NCBI GenBank assembly: GCA_965223335.1
Contig: OZ244991.1
Span: forward strand, 608,001 to 672,000
DNA from: Thermodesulfobacteriota bacterium
Lineage (GTDB): Bacteria > Desulfobacterota_D > UBA1144 > Nemesobacterales > UBA2774
Direction: 5' to 3'
DNA length: 64,000 bases
How positions within the stretch are numbered: the first letter of the stretch is position 1; every line of letters starts with the position of its first letter. A program made the position numbers and the translations under genes. Shown here piece after piece: positions 48,093 through 58,257 of the stretch. The notes under the pieces are model-generated. The model made no database searches and was not told the origin of the DNA. It saw nothing but the letters and a program-made list of their open reading frames with translations.

Positions 48093-48638
48093 ATGGAACA
48101 ATTTCATGGCACTACTATAGTATGCGTAAAAAAAGACGGTCAGGTAGCAATGGGAGGCGACGGCCAGGTCACACTGGGCCACGCTGCGATTAAGCACTCC
48201 GCGACCAAGGTAAGAAAGATATTCAACGACAACGTGATGGTAGGATTTTCAGGCGCTACTGCCGACGCGATGACGCTTTTTGATAAGTTCGAAGCAAAAC
48301 TGGAGGAGTACCGCGGCAACCTGAAAAGAGCAGCGGTGGAGCTGGCCAGGGACTGGAGAACAGACAAGATTCTAAGGAGACTCGAGGCACTGCTCACGAT
48401 CGCAGACAAAGACAGCATGTTCCTAATTTCGGGGAGCGGGGATGTACTCGAACCCGACGATAACGTTATAGCTATTGGCTCAGGAGGCTCATACGCCCAG
48501 GCCGCAGCGCTCGCACTGGCTAAGCACTCATCGCTATCAGCCAAAGATACCGTCACTGAGGCACTCAAGATTGCATCTTCCATCTGCATATACACAAACG
48601 ACAATATTACGATTGAGGTCATAGAAAATAATGAGTAA
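48093..48638 (+). CDS. hslV: ATP-dependent protease subunit HslV
   Basis: HGTT, GDGQVT, AIGSGG, CIYTN. Confidence 0.97.
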   Translation: MEQFHGTTIVCVKKDGQVAMGGDGQVTLGHAAIKHSATKVRKIFNDNVMVGFSGATADAMTLFDKFEAKLEEYRGNLKRAAVELARDWRTDKILRRLEALLTIADKDSMFLISGSGDVLEPDDNVIAIGSGGSYAQAAALALAKHSSLSAKDTVTEALKIASSICIYTNDNITIEVIENNE

Positions 48639-49962
48639 CGAAAAGTTTTTTACACCCAGAGAGATCGTATCCGAACTTGATAAATATATAATCGGGCAAA
48701 CCAATGCCAAAAGGGCAGTATCGATAGCGCTTAGGAACAGGTGGAGACGCCAGCGTGTGTCCCCCGAGTTGCGTGATGAGATTGCACCCAAAAACATACT
48801 GATGATAGGACCCACAGGTGTTGGGAAAACAGAGATTGCCAGGAGGCTTGCAAAGCTTGCACAGGCTCCTTTCCTTAAGGTCGAGGCCTCTAAATTCACC
48901 GAGGTCGGTTATGTCGGGCGGGACGTAGAGTCCATGATCAGGGATCTCACGGATGTGTCGATAAAACTATTGGCGGACGAGGAAAAAGAGGTGGTCCGCA
49001 CAAAGGCCGAGGACCTGGCCGAGGAAAGAATGCTCGATCTCCTTTTGCCGTCAAACAAGCCCGAGACCGACGACGCACCACCAGAATCAGACACGAGAGA
49101 AAAACTTAGAAAACTGCTGCGCGAAGGTAAACTAGACGAGAGATACGTCGACATAGAGGTTACTTCTAAGAACTTCCCTATACAGGTGTTTTCTCCCTCG
49201 GGGATGGAAGAGATGGACGTAAACATCTCGGATATGCTGGGCAATCTGTTCCCCAAGAAGTCCAAAAAGAGAAAGGTACAGGTGCCCGAGGCCCTAGAGC
49301 TCCTGACTCAGGAAGAGGCCAATAAGCTTATCGATATGGACAAAGTAGTAAAACTGGCGATCGAGAGGGTAGAGCAGTCCGGGATTATTTTTATAGACGA
49401 GATAGACAAGGTAGCGGGACGAGAGAGCACCGCCGGTCCCGATGTGTCTCGTGAGGGAGTGCAGCGCGACCTGCTCCCCATTATCGAGGGATGCACCGTT
49501 AACACCAAGCATGGGATGGTGCGAACCAACCACATACTGTTCGTAGGCGCTGGTGCGTTCCACGTCTCGAAGCCCTCTGACCTTATCCCCGAGCTACAGG
49601 GCCGCTTCCCTATAAGGGTAGAGCTTGATGCTCTAACCAAAAAGGATTTCGTAAGCATCCTCACACAGCCAAAGAACGCTCTTATCAAACAGTATACCGA
49701 GCTCCTTAAAACAGAGGATATTGATTTAGAGTTTAAGGACGACGCTATAGATGAGATTGCCGAGACCGCACACCAGGTAAACGAATCCACGGAAAACATA
49801 GGTGCCAGACGACTCCATACCATACTGGAAAAAATGCTTGACGATATATCGTTTAACGCCCCTGATATGAAACAGGAAAAGGTGCTCATAGATGCGGAGT
49901 ACGTGAAAGATAAGATCGCTGATATTGTTCGCGACAGAGACTTAAGCCGTTATATCCTCTAG
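48631..49962 (+). CDS. hslU: ATP-dependent protease ATPase HslU
   Basis: [35 protein letters not shown]. Confidence 0.97.
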   Translation: MSNEKFFTPREIVSELDKYIIGQTNAKRAVSIALRNRWRRQRVSPELRDEIAPKNILMIGPTGVGKTEIARRLAKLAQAPFLKVEASKFTEVGYVGRDVESMIRDLTDVSIKLLADEEKEVVRTKAEDLAEERMLDLLLPSNKPETDDAPPESDTREKLRKLLREGKLDERYVDIEVTSKNFPIQVFSPSGMEEMDVNISDMLGNLFPKKSKKRKVQVPEALELLTQEEANKLIDMDKVVKLAIERVEQSGIIFIDEIDKVAGRESTAGPDVSREGVQRDLLPIIEGCTVNTKHGMVRTNHILFVGAGAFHVSKPSDLIPELQGRFPIRVELDALTKKDFVSILTQPKNALIKQYTELLKTEDIDLEFKDDAIDEIAETAHQVNESTENIGARRLHTILEKMLDDISFNAPDMKQEKVLIDAEYVKDKIADIVRDRDLSRYIL

Positions 49963-49966
49963 TCAA

Positions 49967-50689
49967 TTACTTTGGGCTTTGCCAAATAGCCTTACCTATG
50001 AAAAAAGGTCCTAAACTTTCGAGATACATCGAGGTCTGCTTGGTCTTACGCATAGTTTGTATCAGTATGGATAGGGGATAGAGCTCCTTTCCCAACACCC
50101 CGATCACAAAATCGTTATCATTTTTATCAAGTCCGTGACACGCTAGCCTTATATCCTTTGCATAACCCGCCCTGCCGAACTTAAACCCCAGTTTGCCATG
50201 CTCCCCAAGCACTGCTCTCTGTTCGTCTTCCGAAAGCGCTTCAAACCCCTTGTTCCTGCGCAGCGGATACCATATTACCCATGGTAGTGCGTTATCGAGT
50301 ATTCGAGACCTCGGTTCTGTCACGAGCATTTTGTCTAAATCCGGCTCATAGCCGAATGAATAGGTACGTCCCAGCATAGTGAACTCGGGTTTATGGGTAA
50401 GCGAGCTCCATGGCGGGCTGTTTAATATCTGCCTTAACTCATCTACAAAAAAGTCTGGGTTCTCGTTTAAAAACACGATCCCCACACCCCAAGGGTCATT
50501 AATGTCCGCATAGAGAGCAGAATCTATACCCGAAGCTGTTAACGACTCTATGAGCGGTGCTGTATCCTCACAGCCTCCAAACGCCATAAACTGTATGAGC
50601 AGTCGCCGGTCGGATCTTAACTCCTCGCCGTCTTTAGCCCTCCCCCTCTCACTTAGGTCTAGCTCCGTATCTTCAATTGTAACCGACAT
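49967..50689 (-). CDS. Chlorite dismutase / coproheme decarboxylase superfamily heme protein
   Basis: WYPLRR...EQRAVLGEH (proximal His), HGLD, GPFFIG; SD AGGAGG. Confidence 0.8.
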   Translation of the reverse strand: MSVTIEDTELDLSERGRAKDGEELRSDRRLLIQFMAFGGCEDTAPLIESLTASGIDSALYADINDPWGVGIVFLNENPDFFVDELRQILNSPPWSSLTHKPEFTMLGRTYSFGYEPDLDKMLVTEPRSRILDNALPWVIWYPLRRNKGFEALSEDEQRAVLGEHGKLGFKFGRAGYAKDIRLACHGLDKNDNDFVIGVLGKELYPLSILIQTMRKTKQTSMYLESLGPFFIGKAIWQSPK

Positions 50690-50848
50690 AGATCTGCCTC
50701 CTGGTTAAAGTCTAATATATTTCCGCCCGTAGCATGAATCGAATTTCTGATCGATAATCACCCCATATTTTATCACATAAAATATATCAAGGACTAAGAA
50801 CCGAGAATATTATCGAGTTCATTGTGCTCGGGCCATAAATATATCCTG

Positions 50849-50877
50849 TTGGCAGACCAGAGTATATGCTTTATAAT
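50849..50877 (+). promoter_or_regulatory. Putative sigma70 promoter of argBDF
   Basis: TTGGCA-N17-TATAAT. Confidence 0.65.
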
Positions 50878-50909
50878 TAACACCTTTATTTTGGGGATGT
50901 TAGAGAAAG

Positions 50910-51791
50910 ATGAAAAAGCTCATACAAAAAGCCAACACTCTTGTCGAGGCCCTGCCCTATATTAAAGAGTTCTACGGCAAAACAATTGTCGTTAAATACG
51001 GGGGTAGCATAGGTGACGGTGAGTTAACCGACTTTGCCAGAGACGTAGTGCTTATGAAATATGTGGGAATGCACCCTGTGGTTGTGCACGGCGGGGGGCC
51101 CCAGATAGGCAGTCATCTGAGCAAACTCGGCATAGAGTCGGAATTTATAGCTGGGCTCAGGGTCACTGACCAGGACACTATGGAAGTTGCCGAGATGGTA
51201 TTGGTAGGCAAGATCAACCAGAAGATCATCGAGGCCATACACGCAAACGGCGGGAGTGCTGTAGGCACTTCGGGTAAAGAGGGCAAGATGATCCTGGCCA
51301 AGAAACTGGACCTCAAGACACTGGCCGAAACAAACCACATAGAGATCCCCACAGATGCGGACCTGGGTATGGTGGGCGAGGTCGAGAGTGTAAACCCGAG
51401 GCTCATTAAAGTGCTTGAGGAGAGCGGTTATATTCCTGTAATTGCACCCATCGGGTGCGATGAGGAGGGCGGTACATACAACATTAACGCCGACCATGTA
51501 GCGGGTAAAATCGCCGGTGCACTGGGTGCCGCAAAACTGGTTCTCATGACTAACGTCCCCGGCATATTAGACCAAGACGATAATCTAGTATCCACACTGA
51601 GCGAGTCCGAGGCCGAGCAGTTGATCAAAGACGAAACCATCTCAAGCGGCATGATACCCAAAGTCATGTGTGCCGTGGACGCGCTTAATGAAGGGGTTAA
51701 GAAAGTACATATAATTGACGGGCGGGTCGACCACTCGCTTATACTCGAGATATTCACAGACTCGGGTGTTGGGACCGAGATAGTGCTATGA
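50910..51791 (+). CDS. argB: Acetylglutamate kinase
   Basis: EALPYI, VKYGG, VHGGGP, GLRVT, NINAD, GMIPK. Confidence 0.96.
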   Translation: MKKLIQKANTLVEALPYIKEFYGKTIVVKYGGSIGDGELTDFARDVVLMKYVGMHPVVVHGGGPQIGSHLSKLGIESEFIAGLRVTDQDTMEVAEMVLVGKINQKIIEAIHANGGSAVGTSGKEGKMILAKKLDLKTLAETNHIEIPTDADLGMVGEVESVNPRLIKVLEESGYIPVIAPIGCDEEGGTYNINADHVAGKIAGALGAAKLVLMTNVPGILDQDDNLVSTLSESEAEQLIKDETISSGMIPKVMCAVDALNEGVKKVHIIDGRVDHSLILEIFTDSGVGTEIVL

Positions 51792-52981
51792 GTACCAATA
51801 GGATAATAGCCAAAACTGACAAATACCTAATGCATACTTACGGTCGGTTCCCAATTGCCATAGAAAAGGGGAAAGGCTCTTGGGTGTGGGACGCCGAGGG
51901 CAATAAATACCTGGATTTTACCTCGGGCATAGCCGTTACTAACCTGGGGCACTCACACCCCGATATTAAAAAGGCTATAAGTGAGCAGTCAAAGAAAATC
52001 CTGCACACCTCTAACCTGTTTTACAATGACACACAAGCCGAGTTTGCAAAACTACTTGTTAATAGATCGTTTGCCGATAAGGTCTTTTTCTGCAACAGCG
52101 GCACCGAAGCCAACGAAGGTGCCATCAAACTCGCAAGGAAATGGGGCGAAGCAAACGGTGGTAAATACAAAATTGTCCATGCCTCCGATTCATTCCACGG
52201 CAGGACCATGGGCTCGCTTAGCGCTACTAATAAAAAGTATCAGAGCGGTTTTAAGCCCCTTGTCCCCGGTTTTAAGGCCGTTAGGTACGGGCATATAGAT
52301 TCGCTTAAAAAAGCGCTCGATGATAAAAAGGTATGTGCTGTGATCTTGGAGCCTATCCAGGGCGAAAACGGTGTGATAATACCGCCCCCTGACTACATTG
52401 CTAAAGCCAAAAAGTTGTGCACTGCTAAAAAGGTGCTGCTTATATTAGACGAAATACAGGTCGGGTTTGGTAGGACAGGCAAGTTATTCGCATATCAGCA
52501 CAGTTCCATTGAACCCGATATAATGACTCTGGCAAAGGCGCTCGGCGGTGGGATACCTTGTGGAGCATTTCTGGCCAAAGATAAAATAGCCAAATACCTT
52601 GAACCCGGGAACCACGGCACAACACTTGGGGGAAACCCGCTGGCTATGAGTGTAGGACTCGCCTCACTTTCAAGAATAATAAAAGACAGACTCCCAACCA
52701 AAGCAGCTAAAAACGGTAAATATTTCTTATCCAATTTAAAAGAGCTGCAATCCACTTACACTGAACTGATTAAAGACGCGAGGGGTATGGGCCTTATACT
52801 GGGTCTCGAGTTTAAAGACCATGAAACAGCAAAAAAAATAGTGACCAAATCGGTTGAAAACGGTCTACTAACCATACTCACAGAACAGACCGTAATGCGT
52901 ATGCTTCCACCTCTGAATGTCAGTCAGAATGAAATAGATGCTGCGATAAAAAAGATAACCCAAGCACTAGAAGGGGTTTAA
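51788..52981 (+). CDS. argD: Acetylornithine aminotransferase
   Basis: CNSGTEANE, FHGRT, EPIQGE, DEIQ, AKALGGG. Confidence 0.94.
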   Translation: MSTNRIIAKTDKYLMHTYGRFPIAIEKGKGSWVWDAEGNKYLDFTSGIAVTNLGHSHPDIKKAISEQSKKILHTSNLFYNDTQAEFAKLLVNRSFADKVFFCNSGTEANEGAIKLARKWGEANGGKYKIVHASDSFHGRTMGSLSATNKKYQSGFKPLVPGFKAVRYGHIDSLKKALDDKKVCAVILEPIQGENGVIIPPPDYIAKAKKLCTAKKVLLILDEIQVGFGRTGKLFAYQHSSIEPDIMTLAKALGGGIPCGAFLAKDKIAKYLEPGNHGTTLGGNPLAMSVGLASLSRIIKDRLPTKAAKNGKYFLSNLKELQSTYTELIKDARGMGLILGLEFKDHETAKKIVTKSVENGLLTILTEQTVMRMLPPLNVSQNEIDAAIKKITQALEGV

Positions 52982-52982
52982 G

Positions 52983-53894
52983 ATGGCTAAACACCTGCTC
53001 AGCATATTCGACCTTACAAAAGACGACATTAACGGACTCATATCAAGAGCTCGGTCTCTAAAAAAAGATAAGTACGCGTCCAAGGTTGCTCAGACTCTGG
53101 GCGGAAAATCCATAGGGATGATCTTCGAAAAACAGTCCACGAGAACTCGAGTGTCATTCGAGGTGGGAATAAACGATCTGGGCGCAGGGGCGCTAGTCAT
53201 AAACTCAGGCGATACACAGCTCGGCAGGGGCGAGACCATAGCGGACACGGCAAAAGTACTCTCATCTTACCTGGATGGGATCATTATAAGGACTTATGAG
53301 CAGGGATGGATCGAGCAGTTAGCGGCATCCTCGTCTGTATCTGTAGTAAATGCACTCACAGATCTTGAGCACCCTACACAGATTCTCTCGGATCTCTTTA
53401 CAATCGCCGAGAGCGGTGTGGATGTAGAGAACTTTTCTCTGGCATATATAGGGGACGGCAACAACATAGCAAACTCGTTTATAGGTGCTGCAGCAATCAT
53501 GGGCTTTGACCTCAGAGTCGCATGCCCCGTGGGCTACGAGCCCTCTACCGGGATATTGGAAAGAGCACGAGGTTATGAAAACTGCAGTGTAACGATCCTC
53601 CACGACCCCAAAGAAGCTGCTCGGGACGCAGACGCATTATATACAGATGTATGGGTGAGTATGGGACAAGAAGAGCAAACAAACGACAGGCAAAGCGTAT
53701 TCGGGGACTTTCAAATAAACAGCGAGCTCATCTCGCTGGCCAAACCGAGTGCATTAATCATGCACTGCCTCCCAGCACACAGGGGCGAGGAGATCACAGG
53801 GGTAGCAATGGACTCACCCAACTCCGTAGTGTTCAGACAGGCCGAAAACAAACTCCATATGGGTAAAGCAATCTTAGAAGATTTGCTTGTGTAA
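52983..53894 (+). CDS. argF: Ornithine carbamoyltransferase
   Basis: STRTR, HPTQ, GDGNN, DVWVSMG, HCLP. Confidence 0.96.
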   Translation: MAKHLLSIFDLTKDDINGLISRARSLKKDKYASKVAQTLGGKSIGMIFEKQSTRTRVSFEVGINDLGAGALVINSGDTQLGRGETIADTAKVLSSYLDGIIIRTYEQGWIEQLAASSSVSVVNALTDLEHPTQILSDLFTIAESGVDVENFSLAYIGDGNNIANSFIGAAAIMGFDLRVACPVGYEPSTGILERARGYENCSVTILHDPKEAARDADALYTDVWVSMGQEEQTNDRQSVFGDFQINSELISLAKPSALIMHCLPAHRGEEITGVAMDSPNSVVFRQAENKLHMGKAILEDLLV

Positions 53895-53984
53895 ATAAAA
53901 GAAGAGTTCGCTTCTGATAAGCCATCTTATATGTCTAGAACTATTTATTCCGACTCCACAGGTCTTGACCTTGTTTAAGCCAAT

Positions 53985-54029
53985 AAAAAAGGCTAAGCAG
54001 AAATAGATCCTCCCTACTTCTGCCTAGCC
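53985..54029 (-). terminator. Intrinsic terminator of the small secreted-protein gene
   Basis: Minus strand GGCTAGGCAGAAGTAG-loop-CTATTTCTGCTTAGCC (two G.U pairs), followed by TTTTTT. Confidence 0.85.
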
Positions 54030-54059
54030 CCTAGCTCAATAAACTTTACTTAGTTCCGA

Positions 54060-54323
54060 CTAATAATCTTCGTCAATATTTAGCGTAGTGCTGTGCTCTA
54101 TATTGAAAGCCCTACGAATTGGATTCGAATCCAGTACCCAGTACCCACCCTTAACAAAAATGTTAGTCAGTGCTAAAGGCGGTCTTGCCACAAGACTAAC
54201 CAGTTTAAACGGATGTAGCGCATCACCTGGATTATAGTGATAATTCGTTATCTCCGGTGCTGCGGCAAACGCGGAGCTCGTAAACATCAGAACCCCCAAT
54301 ATAGTTCCTGTTAAATACCTCAC
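54060..54323 (-). CDS. Small secreted hypothetical protein (87 aa)
   Basis: Signal peptide MRYLTGTILGVLMFTSSAFA; SD AGGAGG 8 nt before GTG 54323; has its own promoter and terminator. Confidence 0.8.
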   Translation of the reverse strand: MRYLTGTILGVLMFTSSAFAAAPEITNYHYNPGDALHPFKLVSLVARPPLALTNIFVKGGYWVLDSNPIRRAFNIEHSTTLNIDEDY

Positions 54324-54367
54324 CACCACCACCTCCTTTAAAGTAATATATTAACTTCCCATTCCAA

Positions 54368-54396
54368 ATTATAATGATATTAGACAATTTAGTCAA
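54368..54396 (-). promoter_or_regulatory. Near-consensus sigma70 promoter of the small secreted-protein gene
   Basis: TTGACT-N17-TATAAT. Confidence 0.75.
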
Positions 54397-54502
54397 TCGT
54401 TAATATTAATCCAGAATATTAGGTTTTTTAATGTTTTTATATGCTCATTCCCGCTATTTACCATCGAGAATCAGATTCTATAACCCATATACTAAAACTA
54501 CC

Positions 54503-54531
54503 TTGAAAACAAAGTTCAAAATTTATACAAT
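54503..54531 (+). promoter_or_regulatory. Putative sigma70 promoter of clpX-like/rimO
   Basis: TTGAAA-N17-TACAAT, then SD GGAGG. Confidence 0.7.
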
Positions 54532-54553
54532 ATAAACTTTGGAGGTCTTAATT

Positions 54554-55672
54554 ATGCGACGCGGGGAAAAGGTTTATTACATTAAGGATTTCATGCAATC
54601 GGTTCCCCTGCCTCCCCCCACTAAAATATACGACAAGCTCGAGAAACTAGGCTATAGAGGCCAGCCTACGGCTAGGCGTGCGATCTCGCTGGGTGCCTAC
54701 CGTCATGTAAAGAGGCTAAAACTCCTGCATTGCAGCAATGTACAGCGGGCCGACCTCCCACCCAGACCCAATACCATACTGATGGGCCCTACCGGGTGCG
54801 GTAAGACATATCTCATAGAGCTTCTGTTCGGAGAGATCTTTAAACTCCCTTATACGATCATAGACATGACCAAGTTCACAGAGTCGGGCTACGTCGGCGA
54901 CGATGTTGTAAATATCCTTGTGCAACTCGTATACGCTGCCAACGAGAGTATCGATGTTGCAGAGTGTGGGATAGTGGTGCTGGACGAGTTCGACAAGATA
55001 GCCGGGTCCTTCAGCAGTGCCCGGTTCGCGGGTCAAGGCACCACAAAGGATGTCTCGGGCTATGGTGTACAGAGGGAATTGCTTAAAATACTCGAGGGTA
55101 CGGAGGTCCAAATCCCTCTTGACTTCGGGTTTTCTAGCCGTGGACCTAGGGCTCTTATCTCTACCAATGATATATCGTTTTTTGCACTGGGAGCGTTCTC
55201 GGGTATAAAGGGCTTATTCGAGACCAGCAACATCGGTTTTACAAAAAGGCTCGATGATTACGAGCACGACAAGCACTCGATAGCCTACCGGCTGAGTGAA
55301 AAGGACGCCGACGATATCTCGCGCTTTCATTTGTTCGGTTTCCTCCCCGAGTTAATATCCAGGTTCAATAGGATTGTGCCTTTCACCCCGCTTGAGACCG
55401 ATACACTAAGAGAAATCCTTGTGCTTAAGATCCAAAAGTACATAAGAGAATTTGACGAAGAGGGTTTTATATTAAAGATAGACAAATCCGTTCTTGACTT
55501 TATAATTGACGAGGCGCTTAACAGAGAAACGGGTGCCAGGGGACTTGATGTGATAGTTTCTAAGTATCTCGAGGACGTAGCCTTTGAGATATTCGGCAGG
55601 AAGAGTAGCGGTGAGGTAATGCTCACGCTTCAGTCGGGAAACGTCACACATATAGTAAAAAGACGCGCATGA
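54554..55672 (+). CDS. ClpX-like AAA+ ATPase lacking the N-terminal zinc-binding domain
   Basis: GPTGCGKT, ESGYVG, LDEFDK, DVSGYGVQ, IGF, TGARGL. Start moved to ATG 54554 after GGAGG. Confidence 0.85.
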   Translation: MRRGEKVYYIKDFMQSVPLPPPTKIYDKLEKLGYRGQPTARRAISLGAYRHVKRLKLLHCSNVQRADLPPRPNTILMGPTGCGKTYLIELLFGEIFKLPYTIIDMTKFTESGYVGDDVVNILVQLVYAANESIDVAECGIVVLDEFDKIAGSFSSARFAGQGTTKDVSGYGVQRELLKILEGTEVQIPLDFGFSSRGPRALISTNDISFFALGAFSGIKGLFETSNIGFTKRLDDYEHDKHSIAYRLSEKDADDISRFHLFGFLPELISRFNRIVPFTPLETDTLREILVLKIQKYIREFDEEGFILKIDKSVLDFIIDEALNRETGARGLDVIVSKYLEDVAFEIFGRKSSGEVMLTLQSGNVTHIVKRRA

Positions 55673-56991
55673 AAATATCACTCATTAGTCTTGGGTGCTC
55701 GAAGAACCTCGTTGACAGTGAATTAATCCTAGGCTCGTTAACCAAATCCGGGCATACCTTATCAAACGAACAAGACGCTGATGTAATCATAGTAAACACC
55801 TGCGGTTTCATTGGGGACGCAAAGCGGGAGTCTATAGACACCATACTTGAGAGTGCCAAGTATAAAGAGGCGGGGAGCTGTCGGAAACTCATAGTAACAG
55901 GGTGCATGGTAGAGCGCTATGCAGACGAGCTTAAAGAAAACATACCCGAGGTCGATGCTTTTTGGGGCACAGGCGAGCTGCTTAGGATAAATGAACTCCT
56001 TGGAAATGGTGGTATAGATAGTCCCTCCATTCAACAGATTAATCTACACACCCAGGGCACACTCTACGACCCCGACTCCCCTCGTGTGATGCTCTCAGCC
56101 CCTCACACTGCCTATGTAAAAGTATCCGAAGGCTGCTCGAGGACATGTTCTTTTTGTATTATCCCCAAGATGCGCGGGCTTATGCGCAGCAGGTCTATCC
56201 CCTCGATAAAAGGCGAGCTCGAGATGCTTGCCGCAAGAGGCGTAAAGGAGATAAACCTGATCGCACAGGATATGACGAGCTATGGAAGAGATATAGACAC
56301 AGACCTCGAGACTTTGCTCAGACAACTTGCTACAGTACAAGAAATCGAATGGATTCGCCTTCACTACTGTTACCCATGGGGTGTAACGGACTCACTGGTA
56401 GAGCTCATTTCGAGAGAGCAGAGGATACTTCCATACATAGATATGCCCATCCAACACATTAACGACCGCATACTCGCGGCCATGGACAGAGCGACTCCGA
56501 GCAAACGAATTCGTTCGATCATTGAAAAGCTACGCTCCTCAATCCCTGATGTAACCATACGGACTACACTGATTGTGGGCTTCCCGGGTGAGACGGATGA
56601 GGAGTTTGATGAATTAATCGAATTTTTAGGCGAGGCCGAGTTCGATAGATTGGGAGCGTTTACGTACTCGCAGGAGGAGGGCACTAAGGCAGCACTCCTG
56701 GAAAATCAATTGGACGAGGATACTAAAGCATTTAGGCTTGAGAGGTTAATGGAGGTCCAGTCTGAGGTCTCCTTGCACAAAAACAGATCGCTAATAGGCA
56801 GAGAATTTCAAGGCATAGTAGAAACCGAGCAAGAGGACCAATACGTTGCCAGGGTTTCAAGCCAAGCACCCGAGGTTGACGGCAATACATATATAAAGAA
56901 AAATGGGGTTAGCCTTCCGATAGGGGAAGTAGTGCAAATAAGAATTACAGATGCCGACATCTATGATCTATATGGGGAAATAGCCGAGTAA
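55669..56991 (+). CDS. rimO: Ribosomal protein S12 methylthiotransferase
   Basis: LGCSKNLVDSE, VNTCGFI, EGCSRTCSFCIIP, TRAM domain with APEVDG. Confidence 0.95.
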   Translation: MKISLISLGCSKNLVDSELILGSLTKSGHTLSNEQDADVIIVNTCGFIGDAKRESIDTILESAKYKEAGSCRKLIVTGCMVERYADELKENIPEVDAFWGTGELLRINELLGNGGIDSPSIQQINLHTQGTLYDPDSPRVMLSAPHTAYVKVSEGCSRTCSFCIIPKMRGLMRSRSIPSIKGELEMLAARGVKEINLIAQDMTSYGRDIDTDLETLLRQLATVQEIEWIRLHYCYPWGVTDSLVELISREQRILPYIDMPIQHINDRILAAMDRATPSKRIRSIIEKLRSSIPDVTIRTTLIVGFPGETDEEFDELIEFLGEAEFDRLGAFTYSQEEGTKAALLENQLDEDTKAFRLERLMEVQSEVSLHKNRSLIGREFQGIVETEQEDQYVARVSSQAPEVDGNTYIKKNGVSLPIGEVVQIRITDADIYDLYGEIAE

Positions 56992-57046
56992 CACATAGCT
57001 CTTTAAGATTTCCGTTGGCATGGGCTAAATATATACTTGAAAATCC

Positions 57047-58255
57047 TTAGCTCTCGGCGGGTTGATTACCGTTGAATATCTCTCTTATCCCGTATGTCGT
57101 AGTTCGCTCGGCTGGAATACGCCCAATATCTCTTGTAAGCCTGCGGAACTCCTCGGGCGGGAAATACTGCCCGTAACTAGCCCCTGCGGACCTTGAGATC
57201 TGTTCTTCCATTAATGTGCCGCCGAAATCGTTAGCACCTGCTGTAAGTGAAAACTGTGCAAACTCAGGACCCTGCTTAACCCAAGATACCTGAATGTTAT
57301 TTATCCATCCCCTGAGCATAAGACGAGAAACCGCATACATCTTGAGCTGATCCAGGTCTGTAGGCCCCTCTTGCACCTTACCCTTGGAGTGTTTATAGAG
57401 CCGTGTGTTCCATGGGATGAACCTAAGTGGTACAAACTCTGTGAAACCACCGGTTTCCTTTTGAATATCCCGCAACACCCCGATGTGTATTGCCCAGTGA
57501 TGCGGTCTGTCGACATGACCGTACATTATTGTCGATGTGGTGTGCATGCCCGCTTTATGAGCCTTTTTAACAATCCTAATCCAGGCTTCGGTTGGCATTT
57601 TTCTGGGGGCGATAATCTTGCGGACTTCCTCTACTAAAATCTCTGCCGCTGTGCCGGGGAATGTATTATGCCCTACGTCTTTTAACCTCTCAATAAACTC
57701 CTCTTCCGATATGTCTAGACTCTCGGCACCATAAAAGATCTCGAAAGGCGAGAATGCATGTGTATGCATCTCGGGTACAGCTTTTTTAACCGATTTTATT
57801 AGTTCTATATAGAAATTGCCGTCTATATCGGGGTGCATCCCGCCTTGCATGCATACCTCTGTGGCCCCAATATCCCAGGCTTCCTTAGCTTTGTCTGCAA
57901 TTTCGTCCATTGTAAGGAAATATGCCCTTTCGTCACCCTCGGGTGCCATGAAATTACAGAACCCGCAGTAGGTGTTACAGATATTGGTAAAGTTTATATT
58001 CCTGTTAACAACGTATGTGACCACATCCCCCACGTCCTGCTTTCTTATATGGTCCGCAGCTATCGCAAGCAAAGAAAGCTCGTCCAGATCATCTATTCCA
58101 AACAGGTGCTCTGCGTCTTTTACAGAGACCTCATCCCCCGCAAGCGAGCTGTCTATAATCTGCCCGGTCCTGCCGTTTACCTTTGAGAACAAGCCGTCAA
58201 GCCCAAGCCCTCTATTTTCTTCAATGGATTTTATCGCAACATCAATATCACTCAC
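57047..58255 (-). CDS. cofH: FO synthase subunit 2 (CofH), radical SAM
   Basis: YVVNRNINFTNICNTYCGFC, EVCMQGG, PGTAAEIL, NIQVSWVK, GANDFGGTLMEE; lies next to cofG and cofD. Confidence 0.85.
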   Translation of the reverse strand: MSDIDVAIKSIEENRGLGLDGLFSKVNGRTGQIIDSSLAGDEVSVKDAEHLFGIDDLDELSLLAIAADHIRKQDVGDVVTYVVNRNINFTNICNTYCGFCNFMAPEGDERAYFLTMDEIADKAKEAWDIGATEVCMQGGMHPDIDGNFYIELIKSVKKAVPEMHTHAFSPFEIFYGAESLDISEEEFIERLKDVGHNTFPGTAAEILVEEVRKIIAPRKMPTEAWIRIVKKAHKAGMHTTSTIMYGHVDRPHHWAIHIGVLRDIQKETGGFTEFVPLRFIPWNTRLYKHSKGKVQEGPTDLDQLKMYAVSRLMLRGWINNIQVSWVKQGPEFAQFSLTAGANDFGGTLMEEQISRSAGASYGQYFPPEEFRRLTRDIGRIPAERTTTYGIREIFNGNQPAES

Positions 58256-58257
58256 TT

